A stretch of DNA of 64,000 bases. It comes from Oopsacas minuta (lineage: Eukaryota; Animalia; Porifera). Shown here in pieces: positions 1 to 12,813 of the stretch. Both the position numbers and the translations under genes were made by a program. Where the stretch lies: positions 282,784 to 346,783 of the forward strand of contig JAKMXF010000327.1 of assembly GCA_024704765.1 (NCBI GenBank), read 5' to 3'. Under the pieces are notes generated by a model that made no database searches, was not told the DNA's origin, and saw nothing but the letters and a program-made list of their open reading frames with translations. Numbering within the stretch: position 1 is the stretch's first letter; each line of letters opens with the position of its first letter.

Positions 1-3000
1 ATAATGCTTAAGGTAATCTATAGTATTTTCCAGAGAAGAAGACAACTGAAAGAGATCAGACAGTAAAAAGCTTGCTGAAATGTCAGGAATAATTAAGGGT
101 TCGAGTAATATTGTGTGGTCTATTGTGGTTTGAATGATAGTAGTATATTACAAAATAATGTACGAATGGTCTATATATTAACATACATTACAACCCATTC
201 ACATTTTTGGAATTCTTTTTACTAAAGCGACACAATTAAAGCTTAGATTATGTAGTTGTTTGTGGGCAACATTTTACTGCACAGTGTAACTTGAGTATAA
301 TTTGTTCAAAGGAATGTAGATTTTCATTAGTGATAGAAAATCATAGTGGTATCAAGTCACTATCAACGATTAACTATACGACGAGTAGTACGTATATTCA
401 ATTCATATACTATGATCATTGAATTGTTGGGAATTTCAGTCAAATCATACACAGGTATAATATAACCTAAAGCCCACCATATACGATGCATTTTTGTTGC
501 ATAAAACAGTTGCAATCAATCAAGTTGCATGGTGTATTGTGGGATTAACAATGCACGTATTTCCTATGGATATTCCCTTAGCCAATCCGAAAAATATATT
601 GGGAATCAGTGCTGGAAGCCAATTTGCACAAACTACATTATAACCACACTGACATTAGCAAAGAATGTGTAAATTATGAGCAAAATATGTTAACTTGAAA
701 CATGGGCGAGGGATGGCGCTGGCAAACAAGGGCATAGATCCATAAATTATGGGACGAATTGTAAAACTTGTGATTTGGTACGAAAATGATCGCAAAATCC
801 GTACATCATCGCAAATTGTTCAAAAGTGGGGGTACACTTCCTCCTCCGTCCCCCCGGGAATTACGCCCATGGTAGCATGTACGCCACTTTGTATCCGGAA
901 ACTTACTGTATAACTGTAATGGTGACTGTGAGGCTAGTAACAAACCTCTAGAATCATTAAGTAAAGAAGCCGCATATACAGCTATACTAAACAACTAATA
1001 TGTATCACCAACAGAGTAAATTTGGCGATACTGAGAGTCTTTATCATTCATCTTAGTTCAAGATGTGTTTTTTTAAACAACAAATGAATCCTAGTTAAGA
1101 TATCTTTGAAATGTACTTGATGAATATTTGGCAACATTCATAGTGCATAACACCTATTGTTAGGATAGCTGGATGTGGGCCAAGTGGTATTTTTTGGCTA
1201 GATGAGGCCAAGACCTACCGTTTTCCTTTTTAAAGCTAAGCGATGCGAATTATAGTTTTCGAGATATACGGTGTGACCAGGTTTTCGCCCCTTTGGGAAC
1301 CAGGCCACACCAGGTTTAAATTGACCGTTCTTAATAGCAATAACTACAAATTACGCAAACTAATAAATTCATAAAAGAATCAATCAACTGACGCAAGGGT
1401 TGATAACCGCAAGATTGATTATGTGTGCATTCCTATGGTATTTGTATAGAATTCATCAACATCATTTCAGTATAGTGGCTAATACAATTTTCTCCATAGG
1501 ATTTGGCTTATTTAGGAGATTTTTCGTAACTTCGTCAGTTTCCATCCGATTTTTGAGTTCGAAAGCTCGATCAGCTTCTCTCAACGAGTTCTTCAACGGT
1601 GCATATAGCGATTTTTGACTACATTAAAAAAGTTGGGGGTGTCGGATTCTATAGTTGTACGGCAAATTAAAAATGGTCAGGGAAAATTGAAAAGTGGTCA
1701 AACCTGTCCAGAGTTTTACAAGCAAAAGTAAAGGTGAAGGCAATTACCTAACCTAGCGTTATATATATATGTACATTATACTAATTTCACAACCGAGAGA
1801 AGTTGAGTAGCAACAAATAATTGTAAAAACGCTATAAATCAAAGACATGATTGAAATATTGTATGAAAAATATAAATAATAATCAGAATGAATTCGAAAA
1901 ACTAGGAGGCCAAAAGTCTGGTGGGGGGAATATATCCTCCCCTGGATCCGCCACTGAGCAATACAAATTCACCCTTACGATCCGACGATGTCGCAACGAG
2001 GTAGGTTTACGCAGGCTCCATATCTTGTTTTTACAAATTTGCTTTTATAAATGAGAATTTATTTCTTATTTTGGATACTGTAATCGTGTTTACGGGTCAT
2101 GTATTTATGTAATTGTTTCGTAGTTACGCATGGTTTACTTGATGTGCTAAATATAAATAATTATTTTATTGATATTTAAGTTGTTTTAAACTCAACTTTA
2201 TACTTAATTATTCTAAAAACTACTCCTATTGCTTGTGCTTTGAAATCAAATATATCTACTGAATCGAATTCGGATGTTGGTCCACAGTCCATTTGCAGTC
2301 AATCGCCTCAAGATTCATTAGACACAAGGTTGGAAACTTTGGATGTGACCAGTTCTGATGGACATTATTTCAAAGAGCTGATGTCTAAAGACAATAAACG
2401 AAATTTGTTACCTCGGGATTCTGATTATAGAATACATCAAATATTGAAAGCTAGCAAAGGACAAGAACTGTGCTCATTCATACCTTCGCTGCACAGAGGC
2501 TGTCATATACAGAAGAGAGTTATACTCCCTCTAATTTAACGCTACAATTAAAACTTAGAAATGATAAAATTGTTAATCAAGATCTTCGTCAAGTGTTTGG
2601 TAACTATATATTGTTGATCTTCAGTTGATGCAAGCAGTTCTGGAACCTGTTCATCGAAGTTTATGTTCAGATGAGTTATATACTGTAGATCGAAATCTTT
2701 CTGGAATGTGTGGGTAGCTTTTCAGATAAGAAATCTAATCCGGTCGTTAATTCTGGTGATAAACCAAATAGTGGCATGAACTCGACCAGCTTTTCGTACT
2801 ACCTGGTCGTCTTACTGGTACTGGTAACGAGAAAGCGAAAATTTACCATGCAACTCAGGGGATTCCAGCTCCTCCGAATCCATATCAATACACCAAGATT
2901 CAGGATAGCATATAGTGCAGCTGGAAGGCAACACACATGAGTATGACTAAAGCGAAGGAAAATCTTAAGATGAGGATTGGTAAAGATAATGCAACCAATT

Positions 3001-3499
3001 GTGTAAAATTTAACTGTTTCCTATGACGGTGCTTATTCTAAACCAAAGTCGGTGATCGGTAGTAAATATTGTTTCGCTTCTGCAATATCTGCTGAAATAG
3101 GTAAAGTTGTCGCTTGAAAAATGGCTTGCAACAGATATGTCCAATGTAATAACTATAAACTTAAGCCTTCCAGGAATCCTTTGTTTTTAGAGATAGAACA
3201 AGTCAAGTGGGAACCGCATGTTAACCTGCCAAGCAGATTACCCTACATTGCTTCTAACCATCTTGAGTCAAAATTAGCATCTGTTATACTGAAGGAGTCT
3301 CATTCCAAAGGGATGATCTTCCCTGAAGTGAGTAAATACTAATTAGATACGTAAGTATATTCATAATTACTTAATAATTAGTTAATAAAGTAAATAAGTG
3401 ATAAATTTTTAACAAATCTTTAGAAACACGTATTATAGATTACTAGCAGAGACACTAATGATTTCTTTTTGGTTGTAATTTCGAAGTAAATTTTTATAG

Positions 3500-3900
3500 T
3501 TTTAATGACGTCCGCAAGAAATACTATTGACAACCGTCACAAATCCATGTATTACAGGCCCTAATTCCACTTCAACACAATATTCATGAAATTAATTCCT
3601 TGTGACAACTGCTACAATTGAAAGTGTTCATCGACTCTACAGAGCCGGTTAACTCACATTCACAAATTCCACATACTGTTTTACGTATAGTTGTACTTGT
3701 TGGAACATTTGTATCACTCAAAGTTTTAGTGTCACTCTCATATGATGAGCGTCTGAATATTTCTGAGATGAATAGCCTGTTCCACCCTCCGCAACCTTCT
3801 TCATATAGTCCGTGATTAGCATTTCCTCCCAAATACTTTCATCTGATGGTCTAGGACAATTTCATTTGACATGATCCTTTTATCATCACAAAGACGAAAT
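3500..3900 (-). pseudogene. Degenerate ORF ending in a PHD finger (probably TE-associated)
   Basis: Minus-strand frames joined across two frameshifts read VCGIC...FNCSSCHKE-x-FHEYCV...TWICDGCQ, the C4HC3 PHD pattern including the W before the last CxxC. Parent element not identified. Confidence 0.5.
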
Positions 3901-4019
3901 GTTTCACTGGTACGCAAATTGGGCTCAGAATTATGTATAATCCTGATCACATTTAGTATTCGTTTTATATCTGTCGTTATAACGATTGACAGCTAACACG
4001 GTTCCTAGTCCTAGAACAT

Positions 4020-4503
4020 GTAGTGCATGCACCCATCAATGTAAAGGCCGCAAAATCAGCAGGGAAGAGAATGGTAACAGTATTTTGGGATAGGGAAGGA
4101 ATTATACCCCTCGACTGGTTGCCTGAGAAGACCGCCATAATCAGTGATTATTACGTTGACGAATTGAAAGAATTACGTCAAGTTGACAAGTGGTGTATTG
4201 CTGTAACATGACAACGCAAGGCCCCATGTAAGCTCCAAGCAATGGCTGCAATTCATGACTTAGGATTCGAATGCCTCCCTCATCCCCGTATACTCCAGAC
4301 CTGGTTCCCAGCGACTACTGGCTGTTTGGAGGGATGAAGAGACCCCTCGAGGGAAGAGATTTGAGGATTTCAAACGGCTGGAGTACGAAGTACAACAGTG
4401 AGAATAGGGACCCCTAAAGAATACTATACCGCTGGGCTGGTAAAGTTACCAGAACGATGGAAATAATGTATAAAGTTAAACGGGGAATTTATCGAAACAT
4501 TTG
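4020..4503 (+). mobile_element. mariner (DD34D-type) transposase remnant, 5' truncated
   Basis: SAGKRMVTVFWDREGII, HDNARPH, PPYTPDLVPSD(Y)WLF and KLPERWK*CIKLNGEFIE are recognisable across frameshifts and stops. No left TIR seen. Confidence 0.88.
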
Positions 4504-4784
4504 ATAATCAATTATGATAAGTATAGGTTTGCTATATAAATTATGAAAAATGTCTCATTACACTGATATACAAAATTGTAAAACTTTTTGATGATTAAAT
4601 AAAAATAGTTGAAATTGAATAATTTGAAGGGGCTGTTTATGAATGAGTTAAGTATGTATCCACAACAGGTCTAGAATTTATAATTTTATTGTTGGAAGGT
4701 TGCACCAATATGCGATTAAATATATGAAATTAAACATACATTTATGTTTATTACCTATTAAATCATACTAATATTAACTATCAC

Positions 4785-5200
4785 TAGCGCGCTACGCGGA
4801 TTCTAACACTTCGTGTCTGTACTCGGCCTTCGGCCCTCGCTTTGACTATTAGTTTGTGTGGTATTCGGAATCAGCGTACCCGATTACCCCACAATAACCG
4901 TTGAAACCACATTTCTAGGATAATTTTGAAATTTGTTTACTTTTTGTTTACTTTATATTCATATAAACAACTTAAATTTGTATATGACAAATCCATAAGT
5001 GTGATTCGGATTCACATATTCGCTAACCTTTAGTCAAGTTTTATGAAATTTGTATATTTCCTGATTAACACCATAGATATATGGATACAAACATTTTTGT
5101 AAATACGAATTCCACATTCCATTTCAGCTTCCTTAGCAACGGACAAACGGATAGACAGACAAGACAGACAAACAGATAGCAGTGACAATGATAGTATCTC
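4785..5200. repeat. Possible Helentron/DINE-like non-autonomous remnant
   Basis: GACA/GGAC microsatellite (ggacaaacggatagacagacaagacagac, ~5140-5175) and a GC-rich segment ctcggccttcggccctcg near 4825. Termini not established. Confidence 0.25.
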
Positions 5201-5349
5201 CACTGATATCATTGTCATTGCTAATGTTCAATATTTCCAATGGAACTGGTACAGGTAGGTCCTCTGAATTTGGAATGGCCTAATGGCGGACAGCACGTCT
5301 GGGTACGCAATACTGGATTTATTCTTTTTTGTGATACCATCAATTTTCG

Positions 5350-7174
5350 TCATACAGAAATAACAATCCGAAAGATGACACATTGGTTCTCTCCATCTCA
5401 AAACCAGTTGAGTTTTTTAAGAGAAAGCGCGACGAATTAACAGGTTGCCAGAAACAAATGTATGCTTCATCTCACACAAATGTTCCAGCATTAAGAGCTT
5501 CTTACAAGGTATCTTTACGTATTGCAAAGGCAAAAAAAAACATACATAATTGGGGAACAACTTCTGGTTGGTTGCATTAGTAATGTATGCCGAGAAATGT
5601 TGGGAGAATCTGCAGCAAAAACAACTGCGCGGGTTCCACTGTCAAACGACACTGTTGCTAGAAGAGTGATCGATCTTGCTTGCGACATGGAGGAACAGCT
5701 GATCGAACAAATAAAATCAGCCAAATGGTATTCTTTGCAGCTTGATGAATCTACTGACGTAGCAAATTTGGCGATTTTGTTGTTATATGTTCGTTTTGAA
5801 CATTGTGGTGATGTGAAAGAAGAGTATTTATGTTCGATATCATTTCCTACAAATACCACTAGTTCTCAAATTTTTGATGGATTGAATAACTATATCGTTG
5901 ATGAATCAGGATTAGATTGGAAGTTTTGTGTTGGTGTACGCACTGACGGTGCTGCTACAATGACAGGTCGACATTCTGGAGTTGTTGCAAAAATTAAAGA
6001 AGTAGCACCAGATTGCGAGTCAACACACTGTTTTATTCATCGAGAAAATTTAGCAACAAAGAAGATGTCAAAGGAACTCAACGATGTACTATGTCAAGTT
6101 GTCAAAGTTGTCAACCATGTAAAAGCGAACGCTCTGAATTCTCGCTTATTCGCTTCCTTGTGTGATCAGATGGGAGCTGACCATATACAACTGCTCTTGC
6201 ATGCTGAAGTGCGTTTTCTATCCAGAGGAAAAGTGTTATCAAGAGTTTTTGAGCTCCGAAACGAACTAACAACATTTCTGCTTGATAAAAAACGTGAATG
6301 GGCTGAAAAATTTCGAGATGTAAACTGGAATACAAAGCTGGCATATCTGTCTGATATATTCTCAATGCTTAATGAGCTAAACAGATCAATGCAAGGTAGG
6401 ATGGCAACTAATTTTGCAACAGCTAACAAGATTGACGGTTTTAAAAGAAAGTTAGCTGCATGGCAACATCGAGTCTCTCGAGATTGTTACGACATGCTTC
6501 CAAATTTATCGGAAATAATTAATTGTGAAAGTGGACTTGATGCGACTTCTCTAGCGAATATTATCACCGAACATTTGAAATCACTAGCTGAGCGCTTTGA
6601 ATTTTACTTCCCGAAAGAACAAGATCCTAGAGAAGGAAACGGTTGGATCTGTAATTCCATTTTGCAATTGAAGGACGAGTTGAATGTTCATTTAGAAGAC
6701 AAATTATTAGACCTGGCAGGGGATCAAGGATTAAAGAATATTTTTACAGCGAAATAACACTCGCTGAATTCTGGATAAAGGTTAGACCCGAATATCCAGA
6801 ACTTAGTGAGTTGGCCCTGAAAACAATTCTACCCTTTCCATCTACTTACCTTTGTGAGATGGGGTTTTCAACAATGAGCATTATCAAAACAAAGTATAGG
6901 AATTCTCTGGATGTCAGATCTCCACTACGTGTGGCACTTTCATCAATCGAACCGAGGCTAGATAAGCTCGTCAAATCGAAGCAAGCACACAGTTCTCATT
7001 AGTATAATTGATCTTATAATTATATCACAATATACCTCTTACTACTTAACACTGATATAATACGATAATAAAAACAAATCATATTTACTAAAAATGAGAC
7101 CAACAAGCAGGGGTCCGTGGAATTGTAATGGAGAAACTTTGGGGCCGCGACATAAAAAAGTTTGAGAAGCACTA
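5350..7174 (+). mobile_element. hAT transposon, Buster/ZBED5-SCAND3-like, 5' truncated
   Basis: Right TIR gtttgagaagcacta ends at 7174 (reverse complement of CAGTGCTTCTCAAAC with one change). Left end not found. Confidence 0.85.
5383..7002 (+). pseudogene. Buster-type hAT transposase (frameshifted)
   Basis: ALRASYKV...IGEQLL, LQLDESTD, TDGAATMTG, HCFIHRE, EVRFLSRG, and C-terminal FPSTYLCEMGFS. Frameshifts at the A-run near 5530 and near 6755. Confidence 0.92.
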
Positions 7175-7347
7175 AATTAAAAGACCGACATAACTAGAAT
7201 AGAAATTTCTTACTTTTAGTACCCTTAAGAATGAAAAACATATATAATATTTCCCAATATATATCTACACTATACAAAAATAATAGAGAAAGAAGATCAT
7301 CAAAATGTTGTATAACAGTGTTATTTATTGAACACCTCTTGTAGGTT

Positions 7348-9090
7348 TTGCTGTATCGATTTGCTTCCAAAGCTCTGGCAAGGGAATCTCTTCGGCAACC
7401 AATTTCTCAACTGGTATCAAATATAGCCCAGAAATATTGCCAAGTTAAATTTGTATCAGAGGTAGGTGATCTACTAAGACCAAAAGCGATCTGTAGCATT
7501 TGTCGGGCTAGGTTACTTAACCAAGAAACATGGAAATTCACTATCAATAAATGGGAACAAGATAGCACTAATGTCGAGTTTCCACAAACAATTGAAGTAA
7601 CCCCATATATCACCAGAAGTACTGTCGTGTGTAACTCAGAATATCGCTGTCATATCTGCCAAATCTTTGCATCTTCTATTAACTATTACATAATCAAGGA
7701 TTAAAATCAGGCCCCTGGACTTGGTAGGCCATTAGAACAGCCACCATGTAGACCGATGTGTTACCAAATCTGAGAAATATATGGAGAATTACGATAAATT
7801 TTGTCAAACAATTATGTTACACCCACAAAAATTTTCAAATCCAGGTGCGCTATTTACAGAAAGAGTAGAAGCTCGAGGTTTTACTGGTGCAGTTGCAACG
7901 AAATACACTAAAAATACACTAATGCAAGGAGACGATCTTCATATTCCAGTTAGTTTGCATCATCCTTACAATTCCAACAACCAAATCGTGGTATCTACAG
8001 TTGACTATGCAGGTAGAAATTGTGTGAATACAAGATGTTGAAACTGCTCGAGACACTCAAAGATTAGGTCAGCTAGGTCGTGGAAAATATTCATACTGGG
8101 AATTTGGCAGAATACTACGTCGAGAAGGAGTTACGTTCTCTATTGGTGGAACCAAAGGGGCTTGGGGTGATAAATGGTCTGTCTTGGTGATATTTATACT
8201 CTAGTTACACTTGAGATATATATCGTGAATATATGGCTATTCCATCAGAGCCGACACCATTTAGTTTTTGCATTGATAACAAAGTTCTTTTAAATATTGT
8301 CACCAACAACCAATTCAATCGAATTTCTCGGTTAAATTTACATATCGATGGAGGGAAAGATTTCTTGAAAATATCTGTGAATATTATCTCGATGAAGCCT
8401 ATAAGTTTGTATATCCCAACTCATAATAGTGTCCTAATTAACCTTGTCATTGCCAATAGAAAGGGTCCCTAGAACGATCACAATCTGAAACATCTGTGCA
8501 CTTATCCATCAATACATAAATTATTAACTTTTGATTTTCCCGTCCAAATTGCTTGTGATTTTAAAGTATGAGCACTGGTTGTTAGGAGTCAACAAGCTTC
8601 CAGTAATTTCCATTGTCCCTTTTGTGCGGCGTAATGGTACTTTATGTACCGATATACCAGATGAATCGAGGAAGCTTGAAGAATTGTTAATCGATATTAC
8701 TAAAGAGCATCATACTTTCGTCAATTTACCTATCAATATTTGGACTGAGTCAGTTTTAGAAAAATTGCTCTCGCTCCATTACATAATCTTTTGAGATTGG
8801 TGAACAAAATATATATTATTGCAAGGCCTAGTGACGAATGCAAACTTTTAAAACTTCATTATGCAGTACTGCACAAGTATATATATCTTCAGATCAGGAT
8901 ATTGGAATGGTACTCTGGAGTACAATTCATGTTCAAGGCTCCTAGACAATTTGGAATATATCCCCATTCCCGAAAAATTCTGCAAAATTCGTGAGTGCAT
9001 TAATTGCATTGAAGCATGCAAAAGAGACGAAAATTTGGATGGCAAGACAGCATTAAAAATTTGTGTGAGGCATGGCATGATACAGGTTTG
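7348..9090 (+). pseudogene. Chapaev-like (CMC superfamily) transposase fossil with N-terminal zinc-binding region
   Basis: AICSIC...CHIC N-terminal cysteines, then LHIDGGKDFLKISVNI, IACDFKV*...QQASSNFHCPFC, VLEK-x-ALAPLHNLLRLVNKIY and GYWNGTLEYNSCSRLL in the expected order. Many stops and frameshifts; cut off by satellite near 9090. Confidence 0.62.
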
Positions 9091-9094
9091 GTTT

Positions 9095-9608
9095 GTTCAC
9101 TCAATTTCAACTGTCTACACTTAATCCTTGTGAATTTGACTTGTCCAAGTTGATTCATTCAATTTCAACTTCCTGCACACATGAACAGTCACACGTACAC
9201 GTAACAGCTTATTTCAATCAATTTCATCGTATGCACATATTCACAGTGATATTTACATCCAACAATATTATTCATTCAATCTCATCTGTCTGTACTTATT
9301 CACTTTGAATATGACTTGTAAGAAGTTTTTTCATTCAAATTCATCTGTTTGTACTTGTTCATGTTGAATCTGAGATGTAACAGGGTGTTTCTTTCAAAAT
9401 CAACTTTCTGCACACATGCACAAATGAATCTGTGCAAATAGTTAAAAGAGAATGAAAAAGATTGTTACATGTCGGATTCACTATGAATATGGGCAGACTG
9501 CTGAAATTGAATGCTAAAACCTGTTACAAGTATATGTCTCCGAATATATATCCAGTCAGTTGAAACTTAATGAAAAACCTTTTAAAAGTCTAAATACACG
9601 TTAAATAC
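9095..9608. repeat. ~58-60 bp satellite (subfamily caagtcagattcaccatgaatatgtgcagacagttgaaattgaatg...) with an internal polarity switch near 9425
   Basis: Diverged tandem units. The left part is the reverse complement of the right part. Confidence 0.8.
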
Positions 9609-9616
9609 CCATAGAC

Positions 9617-12031
9617 CAGGGGTCTCAAACTGAATTCGATCACGTGCCAAAATTAAATTTACCTGCAATATCTCGGGCCAAATTGTGGCTAGGTAAATCT
9701 AGACCCTGGATCAAAGCTCCTGATGAGTTAGTTAGGTGATTAATAGATCCTTTACAAATGCTTGAATAAGCTAGTATTTCATTGCATAAGTATACATAAC
9801 TACACTACTATCCTAACATATAAGGAATCGGCATTATTTTTGACGACTTTTCTGGCACCTCTTCGATCCAACAAGATCTACAATGTTGGGAGAGATGGGT
9901 GACAATGCTAGTCGCACCACTGAATCCAAATGTTCATTGGTTATCCGCGACCTGTGCGACGTTTTAACAGCCTTCATGAATGAGAAGGATTGTTCATTCG
10001 CATCAGTCGCTCCAAGCATGCTTCCAATGTAGAATGCATGACTTTTCAGCTTTGGAAATGCTTTCTCATCCATTAATTGATAAAAAGCGATTAAGTCACC
10101 TGTTGAAAATGCGCTCTTCAACGGTTCATGATATTTGAGGTCAATCAGCTCCAATTGTACTCCACTATCTTCACAATCCGCAACATTAATTGAGAAGGGA
10201 TCCTCGAATAGGTGAAATTCATGTTCATATTCTTGGAACACATAGAAACGTTCAGAAAAGTTCTGGCTCAAGGTTTTAAGATTTAGTTTTAGCTTATTTG
10301 TCATAAAGATTTCTTCTGGATTATCTGTGAGGAGTTTCGCCACAGAAGGGAGATGGCGAAAGTCATTCCTTTCTGCCTGACTAATAAATAGAGAGAGCTT
10401 CTCCATGAAGCTTCTTACATGGCTCCAAAGTTGCGAAATAAATTTCCCTCGGCCCTGGAGTCTGATATTTAGGTCATTCAAATGACCTGTAATGTCAGAG
10501 AGGCATGCAAAATCAAACAACCAGTTTTTGTTATTCATCTGTTCAATCACATGTTCCCCATTTTTGGTTTTTAGGTTCGCATCTTTTTCTATAATAAAAA
10601 TTCTAATTTCGGTGAACAGATCATTAAATCGCTGCAAAACACGCCCTCGACTCAACCAACGAACTTCACAATGATAGAGAATATCTCCGTACTGCGAATC
10701 CAGTTCCTTTAACAGTGTTCTAAATTGTCTATGGTTGAGTCCTTTTGAACGAATAAAGTTGATGACTTTGACAACAACGTCCATTACATTCTGGTATTTG
10801 AGAGACTTTCCGCAGAGGGACTCCTGGTGAATTATGCAATGTAAGGAAAGGCAGCGATGTTGAGGTGGGACCACCTCATCCAACAACAATTTCACAGCTC
10901 CTATCTCTTTCCCAATCATATTAGGAGCTCCATCTGTTCCAATCGCAGAGAGAAGATTCCATGATAAACACGGAAGTCGTTGTTCCATGATTCTCTTAAC
11001 AGTACCCTTGACATCTATTCCTTGCGTTCTCCCATCCATTGGGAACAATCCAATAATGTCCTCGTGGATTTCAAAAGGAGAGGAGATACCCCGAATATAC
11101 ACAGAAAGTTGTTCTGTGTCAGAGACATCCGTACTGCCATCAAATGCCAACGAGAAAGACTTGAAACTTTCGGATTTCTTCTGAAGTTGGTTTGTCAAGT
11201 CTATTCCCATTTCTGAAATTCTAGACGCCACGGTATTAGGGGTCAGACTGATTGTTGAGAATAGATTTTGTTGTTCCGGTGCTACTTCGGCGGCTGCAAT
11301 TGTCAAGCAGTCCTTTATCATTTGACCTTCCATAAACGGCCGAGTTCTTTCCGCAATAACCTCAGATATACGATAACTAACCCGCACACATGCTTCACTT
11401 ATTTGTTTTTGGGCGACGAACATTGATTTCTGGGCTATTCTTTCTGTTCTTAATCTCTTCACTGCTTCATCTCTAAACAACCCTGTGAATTCGTCATATC
11501 TCTTGCTGTGCTGCGTTTGGTAATGTCTGCGAAGATTGTACTCCTTGTTCACAGTACAATCGTAGGAACAAATAATACAAATAGGAAGACCCTTGGGACC
11601 TTTCTCAAAAAAATATTTTATCGTCCAATCTTCATCAAACCCACGTTTCTCATTGTCAATCTTGCGCTTTCGCAACATATTGATAAAATCTAATGACAAA
11701 AAATAATAACGTAAACAAACTCGGTTACTTTTTCAAACAAATATAATCTCACACAATCTGTTCATTTTTCTGAAATGAAACAAAACTATTTTAATGCATA
11801 AATGACACAAACATTCTATAATGTCGTATGAAATATAAATTTTAGGGTGGATCTGAAATAAATGGAGAAACATAAAGGTCCTCACGAATGGAATACATGG
11901 TAGGTTTAAAAGATAATTAAAGTGATCCAAAGTGTACATATATTGCTCCAAATCCATTAAGGCTTCGCGGGCCAAAAAAAGTAAGCTTGCGGGCCGTATC
12001 CGGCCCGCGGGCCAACAGTTTGAGACCGCTG
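9617..12031 (-). mobile_element. Full-length Buster-family hAT (GTF2IRD2/SPIN-like)
   Basis: TIRs CAGGGGTCTCAAAC / GTTTGAGACCGCTG. Perfect 8-bp TSD CCATAGAC (9609-9616, 12032-12039) with central TA. Confidence 0.97.
9834..11699 (-). CDS. hAT transposase, GTF2IRD2/EPM2AIP1/SPIN-like, 621 aa, uninterrupted
   Basis: Zinc finger CIIC..HYQTQH, FDGSTD, TDGAPNM, HCIIHQE, EVRWLSRG and C-terminal NEQSFS, all in one open frame. Confidence 0.93.
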   Translation of the reverse strand: MSLDFINMLRKRKIDNEKRGFDEDWTIKYFFEKGPKGLPICIICSYDCTVNKEYNLRRHYQTQHSKRYDEFTGLFRDEAVKRLRTERIAQKSMFVAQKQISEACVRVSYRISEVIAERTRPFMEGQMIKDCLTIAAAEVAPEQQNLFSTISLTPNTVASRISEMGIDLTNQLQKKSESFKSFSLAFDGSTDVSDTEQLSVYIRGISSPFEIHEDIIGLFPMDGRTQGIDVKGTVKRIMEQRLPCLSWNLLSAIGTDGAPNMIGKEIGAVKLLLDEVVPPQHRCLSLHCIIHQESLCGKSLKYQNVMDVVVKVINFIRSKGLNHRQFRTLLKELDSQYGDILYHCEVRWLSRGRVLQRFNDLFTEIRIFIIEKDANLKTKNGEHVIEQMNNKNWLFDFACLSDITGHLNDLNIRLQGRGKFISQLWSHVRSFMEKLSLFISQAERNDFRHLPSVAKLLTDNPEEIFMTNKLKLNLKTLSQNFSERFYVFQEYEHEFHLFEDPFSINVADCEDSGVQLELIDLKYHEPLKSAFSTGDLIAFYQLMDEKAFPKLKSHAFYIGSMLGATDANEQSFSFMKAVKTSHRSRITNEHLDSVVRLALSPISPNIVDLVGSKRCQKSRQK

Positions 12032-12039
12032 CCATAGAC

Positions 12040-12545
12040 AGATGAAATTGAATGAAATATATGATACAAGTCAGATTCACCATGATTCTGTGCAGACTGT
12101 TGAAATGGAATCCAAAAACTTCTTTCAAGTCAGATTCACCATGAATATGTGCATTTAGTTGAAATTAAATTAACAAACTTGTCACAAGTCAGATTCACCA
12201 TCTATCCTGGCAGATAGTTGAAATAGAATAAAAAAACCTGTAACATGTAAGTATCACACAGAATATATCCAGAGAGTAGAAATATCTATGAAAGACTTTT
12301 ACAAGTCTAAATACAAGTGAATTCTTGTAGACATGAAATTGAATGAGATACAGTAATATGTCTTATGACAGTGAATGTGTGCAGACAGTTGAAATTGACC
12401 GAAAACCTTGTACATTTCAGATTCACCGTAGCATTGTACATACAGGTGAAACTTTATGAAAATACTTAATACACGTTAGTGTCGCTGTTAATATGTGTAT
12501 GATGTTAAATTTAGTGAAAAACTTGTTTCACGCCAGTATCATCGT
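12040..12545. repeat. ~59-bp satellite, continuation of the 9430-9608 array
   Basis: caagtcagattcacca recurs near 12067, 12127 and 12186, with further diverged units after. Confidence 0.85.
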
Positions 12546-12813
12546 GAATAGGTGCCCATGGTATAGCCATTTAGGAATAACACAATGGAATATTGAGGAT
12601 TGAATTTCGAAATACAACTTAAAAATCAAATATTTACAATACTATATATAGTACATATATACGTATCTAAAAAATCAAGAAGCATTGCATAGAACAAATG
12701 GCTGAATTGTCAATCATAATCAGGATCTAATGAGATGTTTAAATAGCCATATTTGTGGCTTCACAGATTTTGTATCTAATTAGTGTAAAAATAAATATAT
12801 ATAAATACAAATA

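Noticed and set aside
701-872. CATGGGCG...CGCCCATG as a small hAT-like MITE
   Set aside because: Only an 8-bp inverted match and no TSD.
1900-1956. GGATCCGCCACTG hAT-like right terminus
   Set aside because: No matching left end or TSD in the window, and too short to annotate.
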